Source: Tubiluchus corallicola (Eukaryota; Animalia; Priapulida). From it: a DNA stretch of 64,000 nt. The stretch is taken from NCBI GenBank assembly GCA_030141605.1, contig JAQGDQ010000143.1:124001-188000 (forward strand), written 5' to 3'. Shown here in pieces: positions 31,440-44,897 of this stretch (its first letter is position 1; each line of letters begins with the position of its first letter). Under the pieces are notes generated by a model, which searched no databases, had not been told where the DNA came from, and saw only the letters and a program-made list of their open reading frames with translations. The position numbers were made by a program, and so were the translations under genes.

Positions 31440-33414
31440 GTAGATTTACTTTTTACAAAAAATTAAGAAGTAAAGAAACTTTTAAAAATAGTATCAACTC
31501 TATAATTTGCCTGGAATGAACAATACTACTTATTAGATTGTGACTAGGAACACGAGAAATCCCAAGGTCTCTGATTATACATAGTTTCCAATGGCTCAAT
31601 ATTTAATTAGCTGTAATTAGCAACAATAATATTATTAATCGCCAACCAATTTGAGGAATTGAAACACTTAGTATTTCCCTATTGTAACACGGGTACAATC
31701 AGGTGTTGGTGTTGGATGTGTTCTATAACTATTAAAGGATTAGAATCCAAACCTTCTGTGTCATGCTAAGCTTGTAGGTCTAATGGAAGTTCTAACCCTG
31801 ATGTTTCGAGTTCAAGTCCCGACTGGATTCTAATCTTTCAGTGTCTCTTTCTTTCTTCAACTCATTAGCCGCTGGGCTAATAGTTGCTGTGAGAAATAAA
31901 CCGAGGTGGTTTAGTAATTTCTGGCATTCACAGTCATAAGATAATTAAAGATTTAAAAAATAAGATTATTAATATAATTTACTGGCAGCTTATGCCAAAA
32001 TGCTCTTATGGATTACTAAACATTAATGGTGTGAATGTCTTTAGATTACTGTAACATAAAGCTGAACATAAATTTTCAACTATAGCTCCTTGCGCTTTGT
32101 CTGATTGTAGAAGATATTAATCAAGACAAGAATGACAAACCTTGCGGTGAAGCTACATCAATTGACGTCTAACATAATGTCAATCATTTTCGTTGACTGC
32201 CCAATCAGCGTGCAAGTTATTTCGCACACCTTCAGAGCTTAATTAAAGCACATACGTTCGCGACATTTAGATACAGCTCCGTGTAACACTGTTGTGAAAA
32301 ATTCTCAACTTTTCATGAGTTAGCGGGAGAAATATTGGCCTGTTTCTAGAATTTATTATTGTCAATTGAAATTGCAAATGAATTAGTGGAAATATATAGT
32401 CTAGTTTCGTTTATAGGAAGAAATGCACAACGCTTACGTCTCTGAGTTGCTGGTTAAACCATTTTGCAATCAAGAAAATATACAATTTAGTTTAGTTTAT
32501 GGCTTCGGAAGTTAGAAAAAAAACAACTATATAATTAACTTTAAATCAGGACAAAACAACATATTTTCTTTTCTGGCCAGTTTTTATAAACCTCAATGAG
32601 ATCTTCACTGTCAAAATTAATTCAAAGGTGGTCAAAACCTATATTGTAGATCAGTGTAGTATTAGCTATTTTACTCTATTTTTCTGGTTATAATCATGGT
32701 TAAAAGATGCCATTGGGACTCATGTAACTCGGGCATTCAATATCAGGGTCATCTATGGAATGGAGCAAACATTTATTCCATTTCCTTAGCCTAACAAACG
32801 AAAAAGTACAAAAACTGACTAAATCATGCAACATGATCAGTTAATATAGAAAAAATACATCGCAGGTATGACTGATGTCCGTATGTTCAAAGGCAAGAGA
32901 GACTTAATATTTTTGTTGCTCATTTATTATAAAGCAAGGCTAACTGGCTTAGTTTCTCTATTATACTTATGTCTCTGTATTTTGTAGTGATTTGAAACTT
33001 CGTCTCTACATTCTGTTTTTATTGAAAAGTCATTTTTTGGCTACGTGAAGTGTTAATTTCGTTTAAAAATAGCTGCTTCTCTGCAAATTTGTTTATGAAA
33101 AAGTGCAACCAGTTTATCTGCTGATTAGACATTAATTGTGACTGTCATGCTGTTTAATTTAGGATAGTTTAGTTGAGACAGTTGTTCAGCCTGAGCTGTT
33201 GTCCCGAAAGCCGCTGAGCGTGCTTACGTTACCGTGGAGGTGGAGCGACAGACCAGTATGTTTGACGTCAATTCGAGACACGTGGTTTGGTGTATCAATA
33301 ACAAAATTTAATGATGAATAGACCAAGAAGATAGTTGCAGAAATCGTACAACAATACCAGAGTAAATACTTCAGCCATGCACCAATTTAGGAAGAAGAAG
33401 GCTCTGAAGAATTC

Positions 33415-33505
33415 TGAGTCAACTAGGATTTGAACTAGAATCTTGTGGTTTCAGGCCTAATGTTCTATCCATTTGAACTATAAACTCGCGTGGCTAAAGT
33501 AAATC
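33415..33505 (-). mobile_element. tRNA-derived SINE-like element (homologous to 45968-46053)
   Basis: Reverse complement actttagccacgcgagtttatagttcaaatggatagaacattaggcctgaaaccacaagattctagttcaaatcctagttgact aligns with the + strand copy at 45968-46053. Confidence 0.6.
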
Positions 33506-33865
33506 TGCCTTCTCATACTAGTCAGCACGCTATTGATCAGAGACACCTATTCATAGTAAACAGGAATCTATAAGCTACCATTAACTAATTAAGCAATTTT
33601 TGGTAGGTTGTAAGGTTAAGTGTTTAATTGAACATCACATGTTCGTATAATGTTTTCGAATAACTCATTAAAACCACAGGGAAAGAAAATAATCGCCTAT
33701 TCCTACAATGTCACAGCTAGCCTACTCCAGAACAAAACCCTTCAATTGCACTGTAAATTATGTAAAAAATAAAACGATTAGGAGGTTAAGAATAAAATTT
33801 TGTATACTGTAATTGCGGAATTTGAGTCTGCATTTTTAATTGGGCTATCCCAGTCCCTTTTGCCC

Positions 33866-33868
<3 letters not shown>

Positions 33869-33929
<61 letters not shown>
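33869..33929. repeat. (TA)n microsatellite
   Basis: Directly visible. Confidence 0.95.
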
Positions 33930-33931
<2 letters not shown>

Positions 33932-34202
33932 TTTGTCCAGTTCACAAAGAAAGACTTAGTCACTGGAATTGGATTATTAACTGATTATGGTTTGGAAAGT
34001 GCCATTTTGAGAATCCAAGATGGCTGTCAAGCTGATTTTGAAAAAAATGAAAAGGTAATTTTTAGCTTAAGGCGGGTTCTTAGCTTTGCAAACATGTATA
34101 AGATATCTGATCTCCGATAATTTTGAACGAACCTTATGAGCAGTACATTACGTACTAGACTACATGCACTTTAAATGCCAAAACTGTTTTTGAACTTTGC
34201 AG

Positions 34203-37200
34203 AAATGCGGGTGGTAACATCTTGGATAACCTGTTGATGAGAATGGAGAGATACGCCAATGACTTAGAAGTATTGGTGGATGAGCGAACTGAGGCTTTCC
34301 TAGAAGAAAAGAGAAAGGCGGAAGAGTTACTGTACCAAATTTTGCCCAAGTAAGAAGTTTTTTGAGAACAGCTCACGAGTCTTGTGTTACCGCACAAGTA
34401 GATATTATGCGCATATGTAATGTACAGGGTGGTCTCAAAAGAAACAATGTAATATTAGGTACTGTAAACATACCAGTACTACGCCATACAAAATCAAATA
34501 AGCATAGTCATATTTATATTGGAATGTATCAAAATCAAGTTGTTGTAGTACAATCTCTTACTATAGCACACTAAATCTCTCTGTAGCACTTAATTTCACT
34601 TTTCAGTTCAGCATATTTTCGTGTACCTACTGCATTGTTTTTCTGGAACACATTGTGTGTAAAATTATAAAAATATTATATTATGCAGTTGAACTATATA
34701 TTGCTAATTGTGCACATGAATATTTTCGAAATGTATATAATAAATTCATAAGTATTATATAATTATGGCTCATGACATTGAGCCAGACAGACAAATCTCA
34801 ATACGGATAGTCTGTTCTTTGCCATTCCGTTGCCATTTGCTCAGCACCGTTTTATTCTATTATGTTATTTACAGCTTTATGTTTCATATGTAGATCTGTG
34901 GCAGACGAGCTAAAGCAGGGCAAGGCTGTGGCAGCTGAAGCCTATGATAGCGTCACTATTTACTTTTCTGACATCGTGGGTTTTACCAGTTTGTCTGCTG
35001 AAAGTACTCCAATGCAGGTATGCATACAATGTCAACTGCTGTGATTAAGTTTAGAGTGGACTACTATAGAGAATTAAAGTATTAACGTAGTGGACTACTG
35101 TAGAAAACTAAAGTGTTAACTTAGACGTCATGCACTAACGATTTCTTCTGATGTTCCAATCATCAATAATTTAGCTCAGTCCAGTCACGTGTTGTCGTTG
35201 TCCACGTTAATCTTGGACATATTCAAAAATTCACGTTAACTCGCAAACGCAGTGGATCGGTTAACGTCAAGAAACTTGCAGAGTAGACACTTCATATTGA
35301 CAATGACTTGGTCAACAGTGATCTCGCTGAAAGGGTCAAGGATACTGTCATCGGACATCGGTCAATTCGAGTTATGAATAACACGAAAAACTGCATAGAG
35401 CCAAGAAACTAGAGTAGATATTGATATAGAGACTTAGACAATGGTAATGATAAAAAAGCTTCGACTGTTTAAGTTGAGGACCAGAGATAGGAGCAAAAGT
35501 GTGTAAATTAGGGCAAACTGCCCACTGTCCAGTCACATCTAAGTAAGTAGTATCGTAGCAGGTGTAGTTAAGTCATAAAATTTATTATCTACATGCATAT
35601 TTTTCACTTTCAGGTAGTCGACTTGCTCAATGACTTGTATACTTGCTTTGATGAGATAGTTGACGTTTTTGATGTTTACAAGGTAAGATAAACGCAAAAA
35701 CATGGTGTAGTTTTCTATCGTCTTACAAAACACCATGTAAAATTTACTACGTGACGTTATTTTATCATCATCAATAATATTAAATTTAACAACAAATTTA
35801 TCATCAAAGCGAAAATCAGTATGTACGAATTGTGGTGTATAACATCGTGTCTTGCTGTTGAAATAATTAAAATGAAAATAAGCCATGTTTATAATAAAAT
35901 CAGCATTTCGGACACCATTAACACTGAAACTGTCCAATCTGACATTGGCAATACATTCCTAAACCGTATAAACGCAATATTGAACAGAAAGCCTGGAAAA
36001 TATTGAACATTTACTGGTACTGGAACTCAAGACATCTGCTGTATGAATAAGATTACTCACAATGATGTAATTCACTCTAGTAGTAGTAATAGTAACAGCA
36101 GTAGCAGTAGTCATCGTCGCCGTCGTTGTTGTTGTTTTGTTGTTGTTGATATGTCAATACTGACAATATTGAGTAATAGTATTATAGTCGTGGTAGTCTA
36201 TTTTTTCATTTTTAAACATACAGTGCAGTTATTACGTAAACTTACACAAGTTCACTATTATTTTCTGAGTAAATTTTGTTGCTGCAGCTATAAATTTGAA
36301 TGCGTTACGTTCTGTAGTCAATGTCGTTTTAGATACTGCACTTCAATATGGAGTTATATGTTTTTCTCAGGTTGAAACCATAGGAGACGCCTACATGGTT
36401 GTGTCTGGTCTACCTGAAAGAAACGCAAACCTTCATGCACGTGAGATAGCTCGCATGAGCCTCTGTTTACTAAGCACCATTCAAAAATTCAAAATCCGTC
36501 ATCGACCAAAGGAAGTGCTGCAACTACGCATTGGATTGCACTCTGGTAATATACCCATAACCCCGATTACGAAGAAGATAAGGGACCTATCCTGCATCTA
36601 CTTCATCCCTTTCACATTTTTAATGACGTTCTATTTACACTACTACATGTGAATTTGTTTTGCCTCTGTGTCATTATTAAAAACTCACTGTCAGGGCCCC
36701 GCGGCCGCACTGCAATGAAAAGTGTTTGGTCAGGTAATGTATATGTATATACTATGCTTGTTTCGCTTTTCGCTTTGATGTTCTTGTCATTCGGAGCATA
36801 TGTACGCACCATGATGTTGACAATAATAATTGCGCAAAAATATTGATTAACATTTTCCTCCATTTTCAACAAGCGCTCAACATTGTTGCATTAATCGGCA
36901 TGGACTGCATGTTTCAAAAAAAGAAAGTTGTTTTTCGAAATTAATGTTTTAAAATGACCAGTGTGTATAGTTTGTTTTATACTGTGTATGTTTCTCCTGC
37001 GTGCACCGAGTACCCTGTATAGTGTATACCGCGCTTTTCGATATTTATAGAATCCACAGAAAATTACATTTCTCTGATATAAGTGCAAAGTTTCCTAGCA
37101 ACGCTTGTTTGATTTTGCTTTCAGGTCCATGTGTAGCTGGTGTAGTAGGACTAAAAATGCCACGATATTGCCTATTTGGTGATACTGTTAATACAGCATC

Positions 37201-38573
37201 CAGAATGGAATCGAATGGAGAAGGTAGGCGAATATACACGTGAATGATGTACGAATCACTAAATAAAATGCGAGATTCGAGTTAGGCTAATGCATAAATA
37301 CGCATCAGTTAATGTCAAGATTGTTACTAATGATGTTACAAGCTCAAATTTTGACCACAAACGTGAAATACAGGACTTCTGAAAAAATTGGGATACAGCC
37401 TGAATTTCAACCGGAGCCTTCTGGTTACAAAGCAGACACTTAGGTCATTAGGCCACCGTATCCCCAGTAATCAAGGCAGTGAGAAGTTCATCTCTTAGGC
37501 GCATAGCTGGCCAACCGAGATCGCTCACATTAGAGTGATTCTAACTAATTAGACAGAATGTAATTAGACAGAAGTTAGACAGAGTGTATTAGACAGATAA
37601 GTTAAAATTTTATATTTTGTTTGATTAAATTTTAGACTGAAATTTAAATTTGAGCCGTCGTTTATAGAAAGCACGCGTCGTTTTTCTAAAGCACGTGTCA
37701 TTTTTAGGGAGACGAACTCAGGAAAATGAACGAGGTTTTTCACCCAATCATGTTTCAAGAATTACGACCCGTTCTTTTTGTGTATCAAATTGCAGAAAAA
37801 GTACATGTCATTAGTTAGTGGGCGGGTATAGTAAATCCAAGAGGAATTTCTAAAAGCATGCGTGTAGTTATTATAGCGTGCGTGAACCTCTCGCTATTTC
37901 GTACTAATTCCCGGCATTAAAAACCTATTTAAAAATTTCTTTCTTTTAAATCTAGAACGAAGTAGAAACATCGCAAAATTAAACGTATTTTTATCATCTT
38001 CTTTGACCATGAAACTTGAATGTATCTTCTTTTTATCTTTAAAATCATTTTAGCAATGAAGATTCATCTGAGCGCAAACACAAAAGAGACACTTGAAAAA
38101 TTCTCCACATTTCAGATTGAACTTCGTGGAACGATTGAAGTAAAGGTGAGTTATACATCAAAATTACGGTGCAAATAATTTTGATCAAGCAGTTCAGCTA
38201 TATAGAAATATCTACAAACTACATAACTCACTTACTCAAAATTCTTTGTGCATAATTACGATTTGATCTAACTTAGATGATGGACGCAGCCTGATCAGCC
38301 ACCAATTATGTAAAGTTAACACGCAGTTCAGATTCTAAATCACGAAACCAACTTACGGATTTTTGCAATAAAAAATCGTTGTATTCAGCGGGGGGAATAA
38401 ATGAAATTGTATAGAAATATAAAAAGGAATAATAAAAAGGAGACCGTTTAAATTTATTTGGTTTATTGTTTTAGGGTAAAGGCTTTGTAACAACGTACTG
38501 GCTGAACGGAGAAGAGCCGGCTTATGTTCCTCCTGAAAACAAGTCCAAACTGATAGCAAAAGAATCCTTTTAG
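34203..38573 (+). CDS. Receptor guanylyl cyclase constant exons C13-C19 (coiled-coil hinge and guanylyl cyclase catalytic domain)
   Basis: Exons 34203-34349, 34894-35017, 35614-35682, 36371-36545, 37125-37223, 38054-38145, 38475-38573 (TAG). [85 protein letters not shown]. The Glu and Cys that confer GTP specificity are present. Confidence 0.96.
34425..34655. mobile_element. Possible Tc1/mariner-type MITE
   Basis: Starts TA|CAGGGTGGTCTCAAAAGAAACAATG, with an imperfect inverted end cattgtttttctggaacacattg. Confidence 0.3.
37395..37480 (-). mobile_element. tRNA-derived SINE-like head, degenerate
   Basis: Similar to 26345-26420. Confidence 0.4.
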
Positions 38574-38611
38574 ATATACAAATGACACGATACTGTTTTT
38601 TCAGATACTTA

Positions 38612-38700
38612 TTTTTATTTATTTATTTATTTATTCATTCGTTCATTCATTCATTCATTCATTCATTCATTCATTCATTCATTCTTTTATTCATTCATTT
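38612..38700. repeat. (ATTT/ATTC)n repeat in the cyclase 3' UTR
   Basis: Directly visible just after the stop codon. Confidence 0.85.
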
Positions 38701-39589
38701 AGTTATTTACTTACTCATTGCGATCACGCGACTGTGCCAAGGTGAATTGAACAGCCACCATGTATTATGGCTCTTAAATTATTACAACACAAAACTTTTA
38801 TTTATTTACTTACTTATATATCCCTTTATTTAAGTTATTTATGTGTTTCATTATTCATTAATTTGTCCATTTTTCCATTCACGGTTTCATTCATTCATTT
38901 CATTTATTTGTTTATCCTTCTTTTTTACTATTATACCATGAGGACCTATTAATTGAATAACCACTTTAATTGTAAATTTTTGTTAACTTGACTCATAGAA
39001 CTTATTCAAATATTTAGACCACAATAATCATTTAATGCACTTTTGTAGGTAATTGATCTAATTTCTCGCAATTTTACCCGTTTTGGAGGATAATTAATGA
39101 GCTATCTAACGACCATCAAATTTGCTGCGGGACAATTTAGCTGAAAAAAGCCGTCCTGACGACTTTTACCCCAAAAGACTTCTGTCTTAAAACAATTTTT
39201 AGAATAATTCCAATCTTTTCAGGTATTATTTCTTTTAGGAAAACCGATTGCAGAAAGTTAACAAGTGTGCTTCATCTGTCCACTGTGTATTATAGTATTA
39301 TACGTGATGATAAAAAATAATGATGTTGTTATAAGATGTTTAATTTATGTTGTAATCCCAATAATCAAGTTTCGTATCCTAAAACTAAATTAAATTATAG
39401 TCAAACTACAAGAATTATACTATTAAGTTGTCAACAGCAATAGTTTTATGTTTTAGTTATACCTATCTCGTGGCTTTTAAAAATTGTGAATCGTGTAATA
39501 TGTTCATTTAGGCCACTACGCATTTCAGATTGCCATGTATAGAAGGAAATCACTACGTTACTGCGAATTCACTACGTTAATAGAAGAAA

Positions 39590-39599
39590 AATAAATAAA
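39590..39599 (+). terminator. Candidate polyadenylation signal of the cyclase gene
   Basis: Overlapping AATAAA hexamers about 1 kb after the stop, followed by T/GT-rich sequence. The AT-rich background makes this weak. Confidence 0.3.
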
Positions 39600-42500
39600 A
39601 ATGTATTTAAAACACAATTCACTGTGTTTATGCATCTTATTTTCTTAAGTAGTGCGTCAGAGAATCTGGAAAACGCTAAATAAGCTGTTACTATCAAGAG
39701 ATAATGCATTTTTTGCCACATGCAAAATTTTTATTTTTTTTAAATTTTCGATGAAAAACTCGAATGGCGAATGTGCAAACAAAAATTTTAATTTTATTTG
39801 TTAGATTATTTTTAATTTTAATTTTAATTTAGTCGCAACAGTATAATTTTTAGTTGTGGTTTTTATATCTGAAGTAAAGGCGCATGGATAAGTACATTGC
39901 GTAAAATTGCGAATTGTAACTTTGGAATTAACGGGCTGTTACGTTTTTTAAAAATATTTCATTTTATACAAATTTGGTGCTAAAATAATTTAAATTGACT
40001 GACTAAAAACACGATCGGCAGCAGAGTTGTTTTCACAACTAAATCCAGGATTTCTTTACTTGTAAGAAAAGAAGCTTGTTTACATGTAAAAAAATAATAC
40101 TTTGTGTTCTATTAAGCAGCAAAGCTGGCTATGCACCCAAAGGGTGCGCGATAATCAAAAGGGTAGACTTGTGAATAGTTAGCTGCTTAAGTCAATTTAG
40201 CTTTTGTATTATGACTTTATACTGCAGTGTTAAGTATAATGCAAAGTTTAATCACCACGCCCTGACGCACGGAGCTTAAAGTTTGACCCTGCTTTGTAAC
40301 CTTTACCTCGTATGCGAAATGAGTAAAACTTCCCGTTACATGGCAATGAAAAATTTCAAGTATTACCTATAAACAATAACAAGTTTGGACCAGCTTTGGA
40401 AATCTAGTGTTTACCTGCTGTTTGCCGTCTCCAAAGCACTATAATCTAACTAATGATTGTTTTGATCATTTTAGTCAAGGTTAGTTGCAATAGTAATGAA
40501 GCTAATTGGCTAATTAAAATGTCCATTTCCTTTTCTTGCCTGCGCAGCATATCAGACGCAGATACGGTATAGGTTTTTTAGGTGATATAAATGCCACTGT
40601 TCTTACACGCCGGATGCTGATAACTGCTAACACTAGAAACCTATATTGGCATTGATGCATATTAATTGGAGCTTTTACTTTGCTATAACGCCGAAATCAA
40701 TGTTGTAGTGAAAAGCGCTGTCTTTCTTAGATAACAGTGTAGAAAGGGAGTGAAAAGGCTATTAGATGCAAAGATGCTGGCAAAGAAGAGTGACGTTTTT
40801 CACTAAATTTGGATAACAATGTGAAGAAAGGTAACATAAAACATTTATTGACAGCATAATAGGGCAGCAAAAATTACGTGTGGTGTGAAAAGGAAGAAAA
40901 GAAAGAGTAAAATCATTACGATAAAAACCTTTGTATTGGTCAAAAAATTCAGTTAAATTTAATAACTTGCAAAAAGTAATTTTTCATTTAAAATTTTTTT
41001 GGCAAATTTTTATCCTTCAGATGCAATATGACTTTTCAAAAATAAGAAAAAACGATTTTTGTCGGCAGCTGCAAAGTAGCCTTGACTGCATATTGAAACT
41101 GGAGAGAAAAACATTTGTGAAATGGAGACAATTGTGAACACAAGCGGTATATTAAATATTAGTTATGTTATGAATATTATACACAGTTGAATGTGATGGC
41201 TGCGTGGGTTGAACAGGTGAACAGCATTCTCAGATTAAAAAGTCATTATCACCGATGAACAGTAGTAATATTTTAAATTTAGAATGATAATATGAAATAT
41301 GCATAAACAGTGAGCAAAATTAAAAGTCACAAGAAAGGCTTCAGACAACGTAAGTGGTGTTGCATTTGATCTCGGCCTAGGTCTAATACCAAAAGTCAAA
41401 CACATGGCAAAGCGAACGCTAACTCACAGATTTGATATGCGAAAATTATATGCGAGTTCTCCATTTGTATATGTCTGTAGTGTGCTTGCAGCACCATCTG
41501 TAGTATTGCGGGCCTGCGCCTGGCAACCCATTCTTGATCGTACATTTTACACTTTACATTTAATATAATGCACATGCTTTGCATATTTTACATACACAAT
41601 GCATTTATACAATTAACCCGTTTCATTAATCTTATTTACTAAACTGCGGTGCGTGAAAAAATTCTCTGGAGATCTTACAATTACCGTGTTTTTGCATCGC
41701 CAGATTTTTTTGCCTGATTACTGAAACAGACATTAGAAAGATCAAAATGTGTATCTGTATAATTTACACTATGTTCGAAATGAATCTAACATGAAATTAA
41801 TTGAAATAAGAATTTAGGTTATCTTTAGGCTAATTTACATCTTCAGGCTTGATGATAGCGACTTCAATTTTTCGTTATCTGATCACACTTAAACGCAATT
41901 TTTTGTTCTATTAATGAAAACGTGTTTGTTTACATTAACAAGTAAAATATGGCAACGGTCATGTGCACAAACGAAAGTACAATGCAGTTATCAGGGCGAC
42001 AGGATGTTCATTATTCGTTGCCCTCAAATGTATTTGTTAAAATGCTGAGGGAATGCTTGACTTTTACTGCCCTAGAGACCTTGTAATAATAAGCACATTA
42101 ATGTTGCAAACTTTGCAAGTAATGATACAATTTTAATAATGTAGACACATCTGCTGAAAAAAGATAAACCGCTATTGCATTTGACTGCTCATCATTTCTG
42201 TGCAAATTATACCTTTGTTCATTTGCTGGACTGAACTCGAAAATATTAAATATTTGAAACAAAACATTTGCGTAATACGTAGAAAATGCAATAAGTCAAG
42301 ACTAGCGCTGGACCTAGATTTGAACCTTTTTAACCCGACTTTTTCCAAATTTTTCAAATTTTCTTCCACTTGGTCAAACTTGGTTTTAAGAAATAATAAT
42401 TTGTGTGATTTCCATCAGTTACTGTTAAAATATACGACTATATTGGCGTATTTTCTGAAAATTTTAATTGTTTTTTCATCTTAAAACAACTTTCAAGGCA

Positions 42501-42759
42501 GTGGAAACGTGTTAATAAATTAAAAAACCTTTTAGTGACGACTAACAACAAATTGTTCATGCAAATAGCTTAAAAACATTTCTGTATGCGTAAATTCAAT
42601 CATATACAGAGATATATACTGGACATATATTTGTAATTTATTAATAACACAATCGGCGGGGGAAGAGGATTGGTAATTTAATACTTGTTATATCTGCATT
42701 TATAAGGTATCCTTTTCTACACAGGAATGTATATAGATGTATGAGAAAAGAATCGAAAC

Positions 42760-44841
42760 ATGAAATTGCTAGGTCTCAAAACATTAACTTCAATAACGTG
42801 CTGTTTATTCCTGCTGTCATGCATTCAAGTAAGTATTATTAAAATTAATTCCCGTCTTGCTCATGTTCGTCACTGCCCCACTAGAAAGTTTAATTCATTT
42901 GTTATTGAACTAATTGACGGTTAGATTTAATTTGTGATTATGAATATGAGAAAAAGGAGTTTGATTGCCGTATTTTGCGGATTAAGATTGGCACAGTGAT
43001 AGTGTGAACGAGTGCGATTCTTACGTATCGTCCAAGGTGATGTACTGATTACTTGAAATAAACGTTTATGTGCAAATCTTGTGACTAAACACGAGCTCAT
43101 TGCATAGTTTCATCGATTGCAAGTTTTATCAGTATCAAATTAATATAAGAACTACTGAATAACATTAAATAAAAAATTTTTTATTTAATAATAAATAAAT
43201 AATAATAATAGTTATAATAATTTAATAATAATAAATAAAAATAAACAAATAAAGTCCGACATTAAGTAGTCCGACAATAAAATTACCATACAATGAAATA
43301 AAAACAGCACTTAAATTCCAAACTCTTAGCTATAGATATTTTACAGTACACTATTTCTATTTTAGATGATTTCAGGCCAGAGGCAACGAACACCAAACAC
43401 CCAAAGATTTTTTATGCCAGGTGACATGACAAACACAGTAACAGGTAAGTTAGAAAATATTTCATTTTCACTTATGCAAAAATAAAAATAGTAAGAACAA
43501 CTAAATTATTTTCATCAACCGGAAGACGTTCTCATAAAAATGTGTTCATGAACTGATTTAAGAACAAGTAGCCTAGCCACCTTAACGGACTTCCTGGTGA
43601 GAAGATTATGCAGTCACATATATCTAAAAGCCGTGTAGATACTGGGATAATGCAGTAAATTCCAATTTTCGAGATCCTGAAGTGAAGGTTAAGTATTTGA
43701 GCAAGCTGGGTGCTACTGTTGGATTCTATTAGTTTTGCTACCGTACTGTCACCATTTTTACTGTTTGCAGCTGTCAGAACTGCTGTTGTCATCACTACCT
43801 CAATAGTAGTAGCAGCATTAGCAGTACCAGTAGACCTACTACTGCTACTGCTATTACTATTGCCATTCAATGAGCACCCCCCTATATCAACATTAAAGCA
43901 ACTACAAAAAAGTTTTTTTCGTTTCAGACGTGGCTTCGTCATGTGATATGCAGGAGGAAGTGATGCGCGTCAATATTCGGTTTAGTAGAGCTTTCAGTGG
44001 TTACGTATATCCCAAAGGTTACTACAGAACATGTAAACAACGAGCAAACAACCAACTCAATATTGTTTTAATTGTGTCACTTAAGCAGTGTGGCACAGAA
44101 ACTTTTGTAGAGGTAACTATAACAATATGGCAGTTAGTACTAAATGGCGAGTTTAATTATTTATCACAAACGAATAAATGTTTTTATGTCAGCATAGCAG
44201 ACACGTAGATTTATATATTCACTTGTGCTTTCACCCATTAGGGCTTTTAATGTTGCTAATTAGTTACCTACTCTTTGTGACTACTTTTTACGTACTTGAT
44301 ATTTTTAGAAAATGTATAATATTCTGTTGTATATGTGGCTAACAAATTATGCATGTCCATGTTAAGTCTGTCTGTGTCTATGTCTTTGTCGATGTCTATT
44401 GTCTATGCCTGTGTCTGCGTAATGCATAATGAACTTGTTTTTGTAAAATTTTGGAGACTACAAAAACTTTGGCATTGGCCTTGGATCTGAACGATAGACA
44501 TTTGGCTTAACCTCCTCGGCTAGTGCGTACAGCCATTTGGTTCAAATTCAAACCCAGCGGCATTGTGTTGTAATCTAAAGATTCCAGTTCAAATCCAGGC
44601 TCTCAGTCACGACTTTTCATGTTTCTTTTTTTGGTCACGTTTGGATTTACAAATGTAATAATAGTGGTTTTTTTCGGTAAATTGCATGATTAAAATGGAT
44701 CTAAAATTTTTAAATTAATATTTCCAGCAAACAGCTCTGTCATACTCTCATTATTATAAATTAGAAACAAGCTTGCCTGTGCACCGTATTTTGTAATATT
44801 CATCTTATATTCATCATCATCGTCGTCGTCGTCGTCGTCGG

Positions 44842-44897
<56 letters not shown>
